This document shows, one piece after another, positions 28,312-38,183 of a stretch of 64,000 nt of DNA (position 1 is its first letter; the number at the start of each line of letters is the position of its first letter). The DNA lies in the NCBI RefSeq assembly GCF_036507355.1, contig NZ_AP027877.1. The stretch is one strand, 5' to 3'. Source of the DNA: Escherichia coli. GTDB taxonomy: Bacteria > Pseudomonadota > Gammaproteobacteria > Enterobacterales > Enterobacteriaceae. The position numbers and the translations under genes are program-made. Below the pieces are notes generated by a model, which saw only the letters and a list, made by a program, of their open reading frames with translations, was not told the origin of the DNA and made no database searches.

Positions 28312-28932
28312 TCACCGCGAAATAATCAAATGAATGCCAAATCCGGCAAATAACGCCCCGGCAAAACCATCAATCCACTTCGCCAGACGTTGATAACCAC
28401 GGCGCATTTGCGGCAGGGCAAACAGGCTGGCAACGACGGTAAACCACGCCAGTGTTTCGACAATGATCAGCGCAAAAATGCCCCAGCGCGCGGTAGTGCC
28501 AACGTTATTACCGACAAACAATGAGAACACCGAGCCAAAGTAGATAATCGCTTTCGGATTAGCGAGATTGGTCAGTAAACCTTTCAGGAAACTGCGCCCA
28601 CTTTTCGCCAGCTCGACCTGTGGCGCAGGTGCAGAAACCGCCTCTTTTTTCAGCGCGCCGCGCAGCATCTGGTAACCCATCCAGCAGAGATACAGGCCAC
28701 CGCCAACCATAATCAGCGTATGCAGCCAGGCCATTTTTTCGATAATCAAATGCAGGCCAAGCAACGCAATCCCTGCCCAAACCATAACGCCGCAGGTAAT
28801 ACCCAGCACGCCCATCATCGCTTCTTTACGGGAACGACTGACAGCGGTCTGAGAGACAAAAAAGAAATCGGGACCGGGACTCATAAGCGCCACAATGTGC
28901 ACCATGGCGACGGTGAGAAATAACATCAACAT
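28312..28932 (-). CDS. rhtC: Threonine efflux protein RhtC (LysE family)
   Basis: 206-aa ORF MLMLFLTVAMVHIVALMSPGPDFFFV. Confidence 0.93.
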   Translation of the reverse strand: MLMLFLTVAMVHIVALMSPGPDFFFVSQTAVSRSRKEAMMGVLGITCGVMVWAGIALLGLHLIIEKMAWLHTLIMVGGGLYLCWMGYQMLRGALKKEAVSAPAPQVELAKSGRSFLKGLLTNLANPKAIIYFGSVFSLFVGNNVGTTARWGIFALIIVETLAWFTVVASLFALPQMRRGYQRLAKWIDGFAGALFAGFGIHLIISR

Positions 28933-28995
28933 ACATTTGACTCGCGGGGGAAACGTTTACGGAGTCTTCATCCTGGCACTTTTTTATGCTGCTGA

Positions 28996-30825
28996 CTACT
29001 CTTCGTCGTCGCCATCGACATGCGCACGAATCAGCGCCATAAACGGTTTACCAAAGCGTTCCAGCTTGCGCATCCCAACGCCGTTAACGCTGAGCATTTC
29101 GCTGGCGGTGATCGGCATCTGTTCAGCCATCTCAATCAAGGTTGCGTCGTTAAACACCACGTACGGCGGGACATTACTTTCATCGGCAATCGATTTACGC
29201 AGTTTGCGTAATTTGGCGAACAGTTTGCGATCATAGTTGCCGCCGAACGATTTCTGCATCGCTTTCGGTTTGAGCGCCACGATACGCGGCACGGCAAGTT
29301 GCAAAGAGGATTCGCCGCGCAGCACCGGGCGCGCGGCCTCTGTCAGTTGTAGGGCAGAATGCTGGGCAATATTTTGCGTCACCAGGCCGAGGTGAATCAG
29401 CTGGCGGATCACGCTCACCCAATGTTCATGGCTTTTATCACGGCCCATGCCATAGACTTTCAGTTTGTCATGACCATAGTCGCGGATACGCTGGTTATTA
29501 GCACCACGAATCACTTCCACCACATAACCCATCCCAAACCGCTGATTCACACGACCAATGGTGGAAAGGGCAATCTGAGCATCGGTTGAACCATCGTATT
29601 GTTTCGGCGGATCGAGGCAGATATCGCAGTTCCCGCACGGCTCCTGCCGCCCTTCGCCAAAATAGTTCAGCAATACCAGACGACGGCAAGTTTGCGCTTC
29701 GGCAAACGCGCCCATCGCATTGAGTTTGTGGCGCTCGATATCCTGCAACTGCCCCTGCGGCTTCTCTTCCAGACAACGGCGCAGCCACGCCATATCAGCC
29801 GGATCGTAAAACAGCATCGCTTCCGCAGGCAGGCCATCACGCCCGGCGCGACCGGTTTCCTGATAATAGGATTCGATATTGCGCGGAATATCAAAGTGGA
29901 CCACGAAGCGAACGTTTGGTTTATTGATGCCCATGCCGAACGCCACCGTCGCCACCACAATTTGCAGGTCATCGCGCTGGAATTTCTCCTGCACGTCGGC
30001 GCGGACATTATTTTCCAGCCCGGCATGATAGGCCGCCGCGCTAATACCCTTGCTTTGCAGGCGCGCAGCGGTGTCTTCTACTTTCGCCCGGCTGTTGCAG
30101 TAGATAATGCCGGACTTACCGCGCTGTTCCTGCACGTAGCGCATCAACTGATCGAGCGGTTTGAATTTCTCCATCAGCATGTAGCGAATATTCGGACGGT
30201 CAAAACTGCTGATTTGAATCAGCGGATCGTTCAGCCCCAGCAGGCGCACGATATCCTGGCGCGTGGTGTCGTCGGCTGTGGCGGTCAGCGCCATAAACGG
30301 CAGCGTCGGGAACCGCTGGCGCAACTGACCGAGCGCGGCATATTCCGGGCGGAAATCGTGGCCCCATTGGGAGATACAGTGCGCTTCATCAACGGCTAAT
30401 AACACCGGATTCCAGTGCGCCAGATGCTCAAGAAAGTTATCCAGCATCAGGCGTTCCGGGGCGATATAAAGCAGACGAATTTGCCCGGTGCGGCAGCCTG
30501 TCATCACTTCAAGTTGCTGTTCGCGGGTTTGCGTCGAGTTAAGGCACGCCGCCGCCACGCCGTTGGCTTGCAGTTGATCCACCTGATCTTTCATCAACGA
30601 AATCAGCGGTGAAACAACCACGGTAAGGCCGTTTAGCAATAAGGCAGGAATTTGATAGCAAAGGGATTTTCCGCCACCGGTGGGCATGACGACCAGGCAA
30701 TCGCGACCGGAAAACACAGTGTCGATAATTTCTTCCTGGCCGGGGCGAAACTGTTGGTAGCCAAAGGTTTCTTGTAAAACCTGTTTAGCTCCGGACTCCA
30801 GATTCAACACTTCCGCCTGCGCCAC
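28996..30825 (-). CDS. recQ: ATP-dependent DNA helicase RecQ
   Basis: Helicase motifs (VMPTGGGKS; DEAH) and HRDC C-terminus; start placed at the GTG giving (M)[11 protein letters not shown], 609 aa. Confidence 0.93.
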   Translation of the reverse strand: MAQAEVLNLESGAKQVLQETFGYQQFRPGQEEIIDTVFSGRDCLVVMPTGGGKSLCYQIPALLLNGLTVVVSPLISLMKDQVDQLQANGVAAACLNSTQTREQQLEVMTGCRTGQIRLLYIAPERLMLDNFLEHLAHWNPVLLAVDEAHCISQWGHDFRPEYAALGQLRQRFPTLPFMALTATADDTTRQDIVRLLGLNDPLIQISSFDRPNIRYMLMEKFKPLDQLMRYVQEQRGKSGIIYCNSRAKVEDTAARLQSKGISAAAYHAGLENNVRADVQEKFQRDDLQIVVATVAFGMGINKPNVRFVVHFDIPRNIESYYQETGRAGRDGLPAEAMLFYDPADMAWLRRCLEEKPQGQLQDIERHKLNAMGAFAEAQTCRRLVLLNYFGEGRQEPCGNCDICLDPPKQYDGSTDAQIALSTIGRVNQRFGMGYVVEVIRGANNQRIRDYGHDKLKVYGMGRDKSHEHWVSVIRQLIHLGLVTQNIAQHSALQLTEAARPVLRGESSLQLAVPRIVALKPKAMQKSFGGNYDRKLFAKLRKLRKSIADESNVPPYVVFNDATLIEMAEQMPITASEMLSVNGVGMRKLERFGKPFMALIRAHVDGDDEE

Positions 30826-30844
30826 ATTCACCCCGATTGCCTGA

Positions 30845-30874
30845 AATAAAAACAGGCGCTATTTTCAGCGCCTG
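30845..30874 (-). terminator. Rho-independent terminator after pldA
   Basis: CAGGCGCT-GAAAAT-AGCGCCTG hairpin followed by TTTTTATTT on the minus strand. Confidence 0.7.
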
Positions 30875-30957
30875 CGCGAGAAACTGCAATGCTTTTAGTC
30901 TCTGAGAGGGTAATCCTGGATGCTGGATTCCAGATTTGCCAACCACTCAACCGTTCA

Positions 30958-31827
30958 TCAAAACAAATCGTTTAGCATAACCCCCACACCGACACGGGTC
31001 TGGTTGAAGTTATAGTCGATGAGCGATTCGCCATAGCCGCTGTAAACCTGAGTATAAAGGCGCACATGTTTGGTGATCGGGTAACTTAAGCCTAATTCCG
31101 CGCCGCCGTAGCCGGTGTTCCAGTTGTACTGTCCTTTCGCACTGAGCACCGCATCACCGAGGTGATAGCCGATTTTAAGCTGGTAGTAACCCATATATTT
31201 GGTGATATCCGGGTTATCGTCAGTATTACCCACCACATACCACGGCTTCACTTCTACCAGCCAGTTACCGTTTTCTGCCATCAGGCGAGTATAAAGGCGG
31301 TTCCAGCTGCGGGAGGTCGGGTCTGAACGCCCGTTAGAGTCGTGGTTATACCCCATCTCCACATCGCGCAGCGTCCAACCTGCAAAACGGTAATCGGTGG
31401 CAAAACCGAGGAACAATTGCGGTTCGTAGTTGGTTTCACGAAACGGTGAAGACTCTTCGCTATTGGACAGTTGCCACCAGGATTTTTGCGTATAAGACGC
31501 ACCCAACACCGAGTTCGGGCCTAAAATCCCACGCCACAGTGGAAATGCCAGGCTCAACTGAAACTTTACTTCATCCTTACGCGCATTTTCCGCCCAGTCG
31601 TAACTGGCAATCGCTTCTTTGTTCAGATCGCTGGTTTGGGTGTAGATGAGGTAGTTGGTGTCATAAGGATAGAGCGTGAACGGATTGTCATGCTCCTGCA
31701 GCATATTGGCGATAATACTGCCACGCACCGCTGGCGCGTCATGCACCTCTTTCACCGTTGCCTCTTGTGCATATACTGCCATAGGCAACATAAACACCGG
31801 CAACAACCAGCCCTGCAGAGTCCGCAT
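30958..31827 (-). CDS. pldA: Outer membrane phospholipase A PldA
   Basis: 289-aa ORF with signal peptide MRTLQGWLLPVFMLPMAVYA. Confidence 0.93.
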   Translation of the reverse strand: MRTLQGWLLPVFMLPMAVYAQEATVKEVHDAPAVRGSIIANMLQEHDNPFTLYPYDTNYLIYTQTSDLNKEAIASYDWAENARKDEVKFQLSLAFPLWRGILGPNSVLGASYTQKSWWQLSNSEESSPFRETNYEPQLFLGFATDYRFAGWTLRDVEMGYNHDSNGRSDPTSRSWNRLYTRLMAENGNWLVEVKPWYVVGNTDDNPDITKYMGYYQLKIGYHLGDAVLSAKGQYNWNTGYGGAELGLSYPITKHVRLYTQVYSGYGESLIDYNFNQTRVGVGVMLNDLF

Positions 31828-31991
31828 CGGTCGTGTTCTCCGTAACGAATTATTGATAAGGTGAATGTTTTTCTGCGGGCTATTTTACATACTTAACTCC
31901 ATTGCCGTTAGTTATCCCTTCCTAAAGTAGAAACCAACAACAAAGAAGCATAAAATCAACATTTCATTAACCAATGAAGTGTAAGGATGAT

Positions 31992-32459
31992 ATGTCTGCC
32001 GTACTGACCGCTGAACAAGCCCTGAAATTAGTGGGTGAGATGTTTGTTTATCACATGCCATTTAACCGCGCATTGGGGATGGAACTGGAGCGTTACGAAA
32101 AAGAGTTCGCACAGCTGGCCTTTAAAAATCAGCCAATGATGGTGGGCAACTGGGCGCAAAGCATTTTGCACGGCGGGGTCATTGCGTCGGCGCTGGATGT
32201 CGCCGCCGGTCTGGTGTGCGTGGGAAGTACCTTAACCCGCCACGAAACCATCAGTGAAGATGAACTACGCCAGCGGCTATCGCGGATGGGGACCATTGAT
32301 CTTCGCGTTGATTATCTGCGCCCAGGCAGGGGCGAGCGTTTTACTGCAACCAGTAGCCTGTTGCGTGCAGGCAATAAAGTCGCCGTCGCCCGCGTTGAAT
32401 TACACAATGAAGAACAGCTTTATATTGCCAGTGCCACCGCCACCTATATGGTAGGTTGA
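31992..32459 (+). CDS. yigI: Hotdog-fold acyl-CoA thioesterase YigI
   Basis: Start placed at [18 protein letters not shown] (155 aa). Confidence 0.85.
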   Translation: MSAVLTAEQALKLVGEMFVYHMPFNRALGMELERYEKEFAQLAFKNQPMMVGNWAQSILHGGVIASALDVAAGLVCVGSTLTRHETISEDELRQRLSRMGTIDLRVDYLRPGRGERFTATSSLLRAGNKVAVARVELHNEEQLYIASATATYMVG

Positions 32460-32510
32460 AGACATAAAAGCAGGTAAACTGCTGTTACCAATTAAAAATG
32501 AGTATTCCCG

Positions 32511-33401
32511 ATGGATGCAAAACAAACGCGGCAGGGCGTATTACTCGCTCTTGCCGCTTATTTTATTTGGGGTATAGCCCCAGCGTACTTCAAGTTGATT
32601 TACTACGTGCCCGCCGATGAAATCCTGACGCATCGCGTGATCTGGTCGTTTTTCTTTATGGTGGTGCTGATGAGCATTTGCCGCCAGTGGTCCTATTTAA
32701 AAACGCTGATTCAGACGCCACAGAAAATTTTTATGCTTGCAGTCTCTGCCGTGCTGATTGGTGGCAACTGGCTACTGTTTATCTGGGCGGTGAACAATCA
32801 CCATATGCTGGAAGCGAGCCTTGGTTACTTTATTAACCCGCTGGTGAACATTGTGCTGGGGATGATTTTCCTCGGCGAGCGATTCCGCCGGATGCAATGG
32901 CTGGCGGTGATTCTGGCGATATGTGGCGTGTTGGTTCAGCTGTGGACTTTTGGTTCACTGCCGATCATCGCGCTGGGACTGGCATTTAGTTTTGCCTTCT
33001 ACGGTCTGGTACGCAAGAAGATTGCCGTTGAAGCGCAAACCGGCATGTTAATCGAAACTATGTGGCTGCTGCCCGTGGCGGCAATTTACCTGTTTGCTAT
33101 TGCCGATAGCTCAACCAGCCATATGGGGCAAAACCCGATATCGCTGAATTTACTGCTGATCGCTGCCGGTATTGTCACTACCGTACCGCTGTTGTGTTTT
33201 ACTGCAGCTGCGACACGCCTGCGTCTCTCAACGTTAGGCTTTTTCCAGTACATTGGCCCGACGCTGATGTTCCTGCTGGCTGTGACGTTTTATGGTGAAA
33301 AACCGGGTGCCGATAAAATGGTGACTTTCGCCTTTATTTGGGTGGCGCTGGCAATTTTTGTGATGGATGCAATTTATACTCAACGTAGAACGTCCAAATA
33401 A
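32511..33401 (+). CDS. rarD: EamA/DMT-family transporter RarD
   Basis: 296-aa polytopic ORF MDAKQTRQGVLLALAAYFIWGIAPAYFKL. Confidence 0.92.
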   Translation: MDAKQTRQGVLLALAAYFIWGIAPAYFKLIYYVPADEILTHRVIWSFFFMVVLMSICRQWSYLKTLIQTPQKIFMLAVSAVLIGGNWLLFIWAVNNHHMLEASLGYFINPLVNIVLGMIFLGERFRRMQWLAVILAICGVLVQLWTFGSLPIIALGLAFSFAFYGLVRKKIAVEAQTGMLIETMWLLPVAAIYLFAIADSSTSHMGQNPISLNLLLIAAGIVTTVPLLCFTAAATRLRLSTLGFFQYIGPTLMFLLAVTFYGEKPGADKMVTFAFIWVALAIFVMDAIYTQRRTSK

Positions 33402-33435
33402 AAAATAAATATATTCTGAAAAAATATGCCGACTC

Positions 33436-33813
33436 TTGCATGAGAGTGGGCATATTGCCATGCTGACAGGAGACTCACACAAGGATGTAAAATTTATGTT
33501 ACGTATGTTTATCCCAACATCTAACGGTAAGATTTCCAGACGCCGTTATATATTTTCATTTATTTTAATAAACTTCATTTTTGCCTTTCTTATTATCTTT
33601 TTTAACGATGGAGAAGCAGGTTTTCTTGTTATAGTCTCTACCATCTTACTCCATTATCTCGTCATCAATCTGAATTGCCAACGACTCCGTGATAGTGGTT
33701 TCGTCTATATAAAAACTTATGTTTTTGGTACATTAGCAGTATATATCATCTCTATCATCACAATGATAGCCGAAGATTTTGCCTGTTCAGGCAATGGTTC
33801 GATGATTTTTTAA
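33436..33813 (+). CDS. yigG: Small inner membrane protein YigG
   Basis: 125-aa ORF with two hydrophobic helices; position after rarD; AT-rich. Confidence 0.6.
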
Positions 33814-33888
33814 TTTGTTATTTTTCCACTTTCAGTATGCTAATGCTTGCACCTACTGATTCATCAAAACAATAGTTATGGAGTATTT

Positions 33889-34269
33889 ATGAGTAAGGAA
33901 TATATGAACGATGGTTCATTAAGTGAAAAATGGAAATACCGATTTAATTTTTATGATCAACATGGTTTTCCTGGATTCTGGGGGGCAACACCAGAATATA
34001 AAGCAGCATTTAAAGCATTAAAAGTAAGACAACGCTTAACTATTCAAATGAATTTCATTGCTTTCTTCTGTTCCTAGATATATTTATTTGTCCTGGGGTT
34101 ATGGAAAAAAGCAATTATAGTTCTATTACTTGGTATTCTATCTCTATTTGTTGGTGCACTAATTGGCGTTAACATTCTGGGTATTGCCGTAGCAGCCTAT
34201 GTTGCTGTTAACACGAACAAATGGTTCTATGAGAAAGAAGTAAAAGGGTTAAATACCTGGAGCCTTTGA
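33889..34269 (+). pseudogene. yigF: yigF (DUF2628-type small membrane protein) interrupted by an in-frame amber codon at 34075-34077
   Basis: MSKEYMNDGSLSEKWKYRFNFYDQHGFPGFWG... stops at TAG after 62 codons, then the same frame stays open for 63 more protein-like hydrophobic codons to TGA at 34267-34269. Confidence 0.6.
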
Positions 34270-34309
34270 ATAAGAGGTGGCTTAGCCAGGCTAAGCCACC
34301 GCCTTCTTT

Positions 34310-34445
34310 TTACAACCAGTTCTTGCGCTTAAAGTACAGATACGGTGCCAGGCCCGCGAGGATCATAAAGATAATCGCGCCTGGGTAGCCGAAACTCCAC
34401 TTCAGTTCTGGCATAAACTCAAAGTTCATGCCATAGCTGGAGGCA
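34310..34445 (-). repeat. Orphan near-identical copy of the corA 3' end (direct repeat of 36017-36150)
   Basis: Encodes ...[43 protein letters not shown], the CorA C-terminus including the GMN motif; only a few mismatches to the intact corA 3' end. Confidence 0.85.
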
Positions 34446-34637
34446 ATCCGCGTAGGAAAAAGTTTCCTAATCGGTAAATTCAACATATTGTTATTAACAA
34501 TGGGCAAAACCAATCAATAACGAGATTCCCTTCGGAATGTAATAAAAATGTGAAGTGTACTTCTTTTTTAAAATTTTTTATCCTAGCATTTGTTCTCAAA
34601 TTGATATTGAGCTTAAATATAACCAAGGAAAATGTAA

Positions 34638-35345
34638 ATGAATAACACATTACTTCCATCAATTAATATTCCCTGTACACTTTTCGAAACTATTAGTTTA
34701 TTTGATGATTATTCTGCTGATGATATGCAATATGGTGATATGGTAGAACAAGATTTTCTCTCACTCGGCCTAAGCGATATCTCAGCAAAAGTTGATCCTT
34801 ACAGACTTATTAAATACCATTTCCCTGGCCCAGGTTCTGTTAATGTTGTTTTTAGTGCCTCAAGTTCCGGAACAAAAATATCACAACGTGAATGCACTGA
34901 TATTTTATTTGCAGAAATGAAAGAACTAGCAAAAAATTTTTCCTTTTTTGGACAATATAAAACACTTATCGAAGATCTGATTGAACATTTTAGATATGGA
35001 AATGGCAGCAATTTTCATAGCCAACAATTAAATTTATCTTTTCATGAAAAGATAAATAAATATGGTTATAATAGTCCAATACGAATAATCAAAGAATGTA
35101 TCGAAAATGGCATTAATTCAACTCCCTCGACAGGATACCAACCTCTTATCCTGCAAAGCATTAAAACCAAATTACTTTCATCAAGACTAAATAAATTTAA
35201 TGACTTCGAGGACAGTTTTAATGGCTTAGGAATCAGTATTCATGATATTTCAGCTCAAAAAAATATCTCTTTTAAGCTTTCAAAAATACGCTATAGGGTG
35301 GAGTGCGACAATTCATTTTGTAGCACAGGACCACTTCGGTCTTGA
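34638..35345 (+). CDS. Hypothetical protein in the AT-rich corA-adjacent insert; probably frameshifted (alternative frame continues to 35487)
   Basis: 235-aa ORF with no match recalled; AT-rich; an A7 tract at 35260-35266 lies where a second frame opens and runs to a TGA overlapping the next gene start. Confidence 0.45.
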   Translation: MNNTLLPSINIPCTLFETISLFDDYSADDMQYGDMVEQDFLSLGLSDISAKVDPYRLIKYHFPGPGSVNVVFSASSSGTKISQRECTDILFAEMKELAKNFSFFGQYKTLIEDLIEHFRYGNGSNFHSQQLNLSFHEKINKYGYNSPIRIIKECIENGINSTPSTGYQPLILQSIKTKLLSSRLNKFNDFEDSFNGLGISIHDISAQKNISFKLSKIRYRVECDNSFCSTGPLRS

Positions 35346-35483
35346 TGTAACTGATATCAAAAACAAGACTTACAGCAAATATAGATTTTTTCGCATATGG
35401 TTCTTTTTACAACGGCATAAAGGCTTTGCTTTCAAACCTTTTTTCACCAATTTTAACACTATCGAAAGAATCGAAAATTATCT

Positions 35484-35975
35484 ATGAAAAGCAAACGCCA
35501 GAAAATTATATTATGTTTATTTCTTCTATGCTGTATCTATAATTTATGGACATTGCGTCCTGTACAGATTTTGTATACATACTCTGATGCTGGCAATTCA
35601 GTCTTTCTGGTCGTTGATCATCTGCCATGGACTGACAGCGATAAAATAAATTGGTATCTGAAGCATCAGAATGAAATTAAAAATCAACATCCCCTACCAG
35701 AAGGTAGTTGGCATACCTGGTATGTCATTGATATCGGTAATGGCTTCACTGACTATAAAAAATATATCGAAGGGCCGTATGAAGATCTCTACTGTTTCCC
35801 GACAATTAAGAGCAATGATAATTGCATCGTGAAAAATTACTTAATGGTTATTAATGAATACCCTTATCGTAACACTCATATTGGTATTAACGATTTTACT
35901 GAGTATCAATTAACACAAGAAAATAAAATAGAGCGAGTTTTCAATCCGCATGACTTTAAAAAAGACAATTTTTAG
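35484..35975 (+). CDS. Hypothetical small membrane-anchored protein (N-terminal signal/TM segment), second gene of the insert
   Basis: 163-aa ORF MKSKRQKIILCLFLLCCIYNLW...; Trp/Tyr-rich; AT-rich; followed by a GCCGGATAAA...TTTATCCGGC hairpin. Confidence 0.5.
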   Translation: MKSKRQKIILCLFLLCCIYNLWTLRPVQILYTYSDAGNSVFLVVDHLPWTDSDKINWYLKHQNEIKNQHPLPEGSWHTWYVIDIGNGFTDYKKYIEGPYEDLYCFPTIKSNDNCIVKNYLMVINEYPYRNTHIGINDFTEYQLTQENKIERVFNPHDFKKDNF

Positions 35976-36016
35976 AAATAAGCCGGATAAAAAAATAGCT
36001 TTATCCGGCACTCATA

Positions 36017-36967
36017 TTACAACCAGTTCTTCCGCTTAAAGTACAGATACGGTGCCAGGCCCGCGAGGATCATAAAGATAATCGCGCCTGGGTAGCCGAA
36101 ACTCCACTTCAGTTCTGGCATAAACTCAAAGTTCATCCCGTAGCTGGAAGCAACCAGCGTTGGCGGCAGGAACACGACGGATACCACCGAGAAAATTTTG
36201 ATGATGCGGTTCTGCTCGATGTTGATAAAACCCATTGCCGCCTGCATCAGGAAGTTCACCTTCTGGAACAGGGATTCGTTATGCGGCAGCAGGGATTCGA
36301 TATCTCGCAGGATTTCACGCGCCTGCTCCAGTTGCCCACCCGGTAAGCGTGCTTTACGTACCAGGAAGTTGAGAGCGCGCTGGGTATCCATCAGACACAG
36401 GCGAACTTTCCAGCCGATATCTTCCAGTTCCGCCAGAGTGGAGAGCGCCTCGTCGTACTCATCGCCCTGATGCCCTTCCATAATCACCCGGCTCAATTGC
36501 TCCAGGTCGCTATAGATATTTTCAATTTCATCTGCCAACTGTTCGATTTTGGTTTCGAACAAATCCAGCAGCAACTCGTAGGCGTTACCGTCTACCATCG
36601 ACTGGCTACGGGCACGCATACGATATAGACGAAAAGCGGGCAGTTCACGCTCACGCAGAGTAAACAGACGACCATCACGGATGGTAAATGCCACAGTGGA
36701 GTTACCGGCGTGATCTTCCGCATCTTCAAAGAAGAAGAAGGAGTGAATATGCAGGCCGTCATCGTCTTCAAAGAAACGTGCCGATGCTTCGATGTCTTCC
36801 AGTTCCGGGCGGGTTGCCAGGCTCTGGCCAAGTTCAGATTGTACGCGCAGTCGCTCGTCGTCGTCCGGTTCGACAAGATCAATCCATACTGCATTTACAA
36901 GGGGTTGTGACTCTTCGACTTCCAGCCGGGTCAGTCGGTTATTTTCCAGTTGAAATGCGCTCAGCAT
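36017..36967 (-). CDS. corA: Magnesium/cobalt transport protein CorA
   Basis: Start placed at [31 protein letters not shown] (316 aa); GMN motif and C-terminal TM helices. Confidence 0.95.
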   Translation of the reverse strand: MLSAFQLENNRLTRLEVEESQPLVNAVWIDLVEPDDDERLRVQSELGQSLATRPELEDIEASARFFEDDDGLHIHSFFFFEDAEDHAGNSTVAFTIRDGRLFTLRERELPAFRLYRMRARSQSMVDGNAYELLLDLFETKIEQLADEIENIYSDLEQLSRVIMEGHQGDEYDEALSTLAELEDIGWKVRLCLMDTQRALNFLVRKARLPGGQLEQAREILRDIESLLPHNESLFQKVNFLMQAAMGFINIEQNRIIKIFSVVSVVFLPPTLVASSYGMNFEFMPELKWSFGYPGAIIFMILAGLAPYLYFKRKNWL

Positions 36968-37336
36968 GACCGGGACTCCCAATGCTTAAAATATCGGACA
37001 GTTCGGTGGGCACACAGAAACAAATTGGGTTTCAGACCATTAAACAGCCTGACTCAGCGCGACGGGAAAAATTGAGGTCGCTGACAACCGCTAAGGCTAT
37101 CAGCAAAAAGGGATAGCCTTAGGAGTTGATCCTGGATGACAGGATAGTGAGCCAGTATCTACTGGGTGTGTCCAAGGCGAATGTCCTCTTAGAGTGATCG
37201 TGCGCGCATGTTACGCCAGCAAAATTTTGCCGTCAACACGCAACAGAACACCACAGAACAATAGTTGAACTTCGCGCTTTTTGGTACTCGTCAAGGTCGC
37301 TAACAGGATAAAAAAATCCCACATCCAGGACCTATA

Positions 37337-38101
37337 ATGGCGCATCGGCTACTCATTGGTAAAGGAATGATCACCTTGAATCTCAAACGGATTTTTCTCG
37401 CCCTCACCTTACTTCCCTTGTTTGTTGTTGCCGCTGATGATTGCGCACTCTCAGATCCGACGCTGACCGTACAGGCGTATACCGTTAATCCTCAAACAGA
37501 GCGGGTGAAAATGTACTGGCAAAAAGCCAATGGCGAAGCGTGGGGAACTTTACATGCTCTGCTGGCGGATATGAATAGTCAGGGTCAGGTGCAGATGGCG
37601 ATGAACGGCGGCATCTATGATGAAAGCTATACGCCGCTCGGTTTGTACATCGAAAACGGTCAGCAGAAGGTGGCGTTAAATCTCGCTTCAGGTGAAGGGA
37701 ATTTCTTTATCCGTCCTGGCGGCGTGTTTTATGTCGCGGGAGATAAAGTCGGCATCGTTCGTCTGGATGCCTTCAAAACCAGTAAAGAGATTCAGTTTGC
37801 GGTGCAGTCAGGGCCAATGTTGATGGAAAACAGTGTAATTAATCCGCGTATTCATCCCAACGTCGCCTCACGTAAAATTCGTAACGGTGTTGGGATTAAT
37901 AAACATGGGAATGCCGTGTTTTTGTTGAGCCAGCAGGCGACAAATTTTTATGATTTTGCCTGTTATGCCAAAGCGAAACTGAACGTTGAGCAGCTGCTTT
38001 ATCTTGATGGCACGATTTCACATATGTATATGAAAGGCGGGGCAATCCCGTGGCAACGCTATCCTTTTGTCACCATGATTTCCGTCGAGCGGAAAGGTTA
38101 A
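37337..38101 (+). CDS. yigE: Secreted protein YigE
   Basis: 254-aa ORF with N-terminal signal sequence; position between corA and uvrD. Confidence 0.8.
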   Translation: MAHRLLIGKGMITLNLKRIFLALTLLPLFVVAADDCALSDPTLTVQAYTVNPQTERVKMYWQKANGEAWGTLHALLADMNSQGQVQMAMNGGIYDESYTPLGLYIENGQQKVALNLASGEGNFFIRPGGVFYVAGDKVGIVRLDAFKTSKEIQFAVQSGPMLMENSVINPRIHPNVASRKIRNGVGINKHGNAVFLLSQQATNFYDFACYAKAKLNVEQLLYLDGTISHMYMKGGAIPWQRYPFVTMISVERKG

Positions 38102-38183
38102 GCATTGTACACTCGAGGAGGCCAGACAAACTGGGGCTGGCTACACAGCTGGAAAATCATCAGATAAATGAAGGGAAACAAAA

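Noticed and set aside
29599-30399. 266-aa plus-strand ORF
   Set aside because: Antisense shadow ORF inside recQ.
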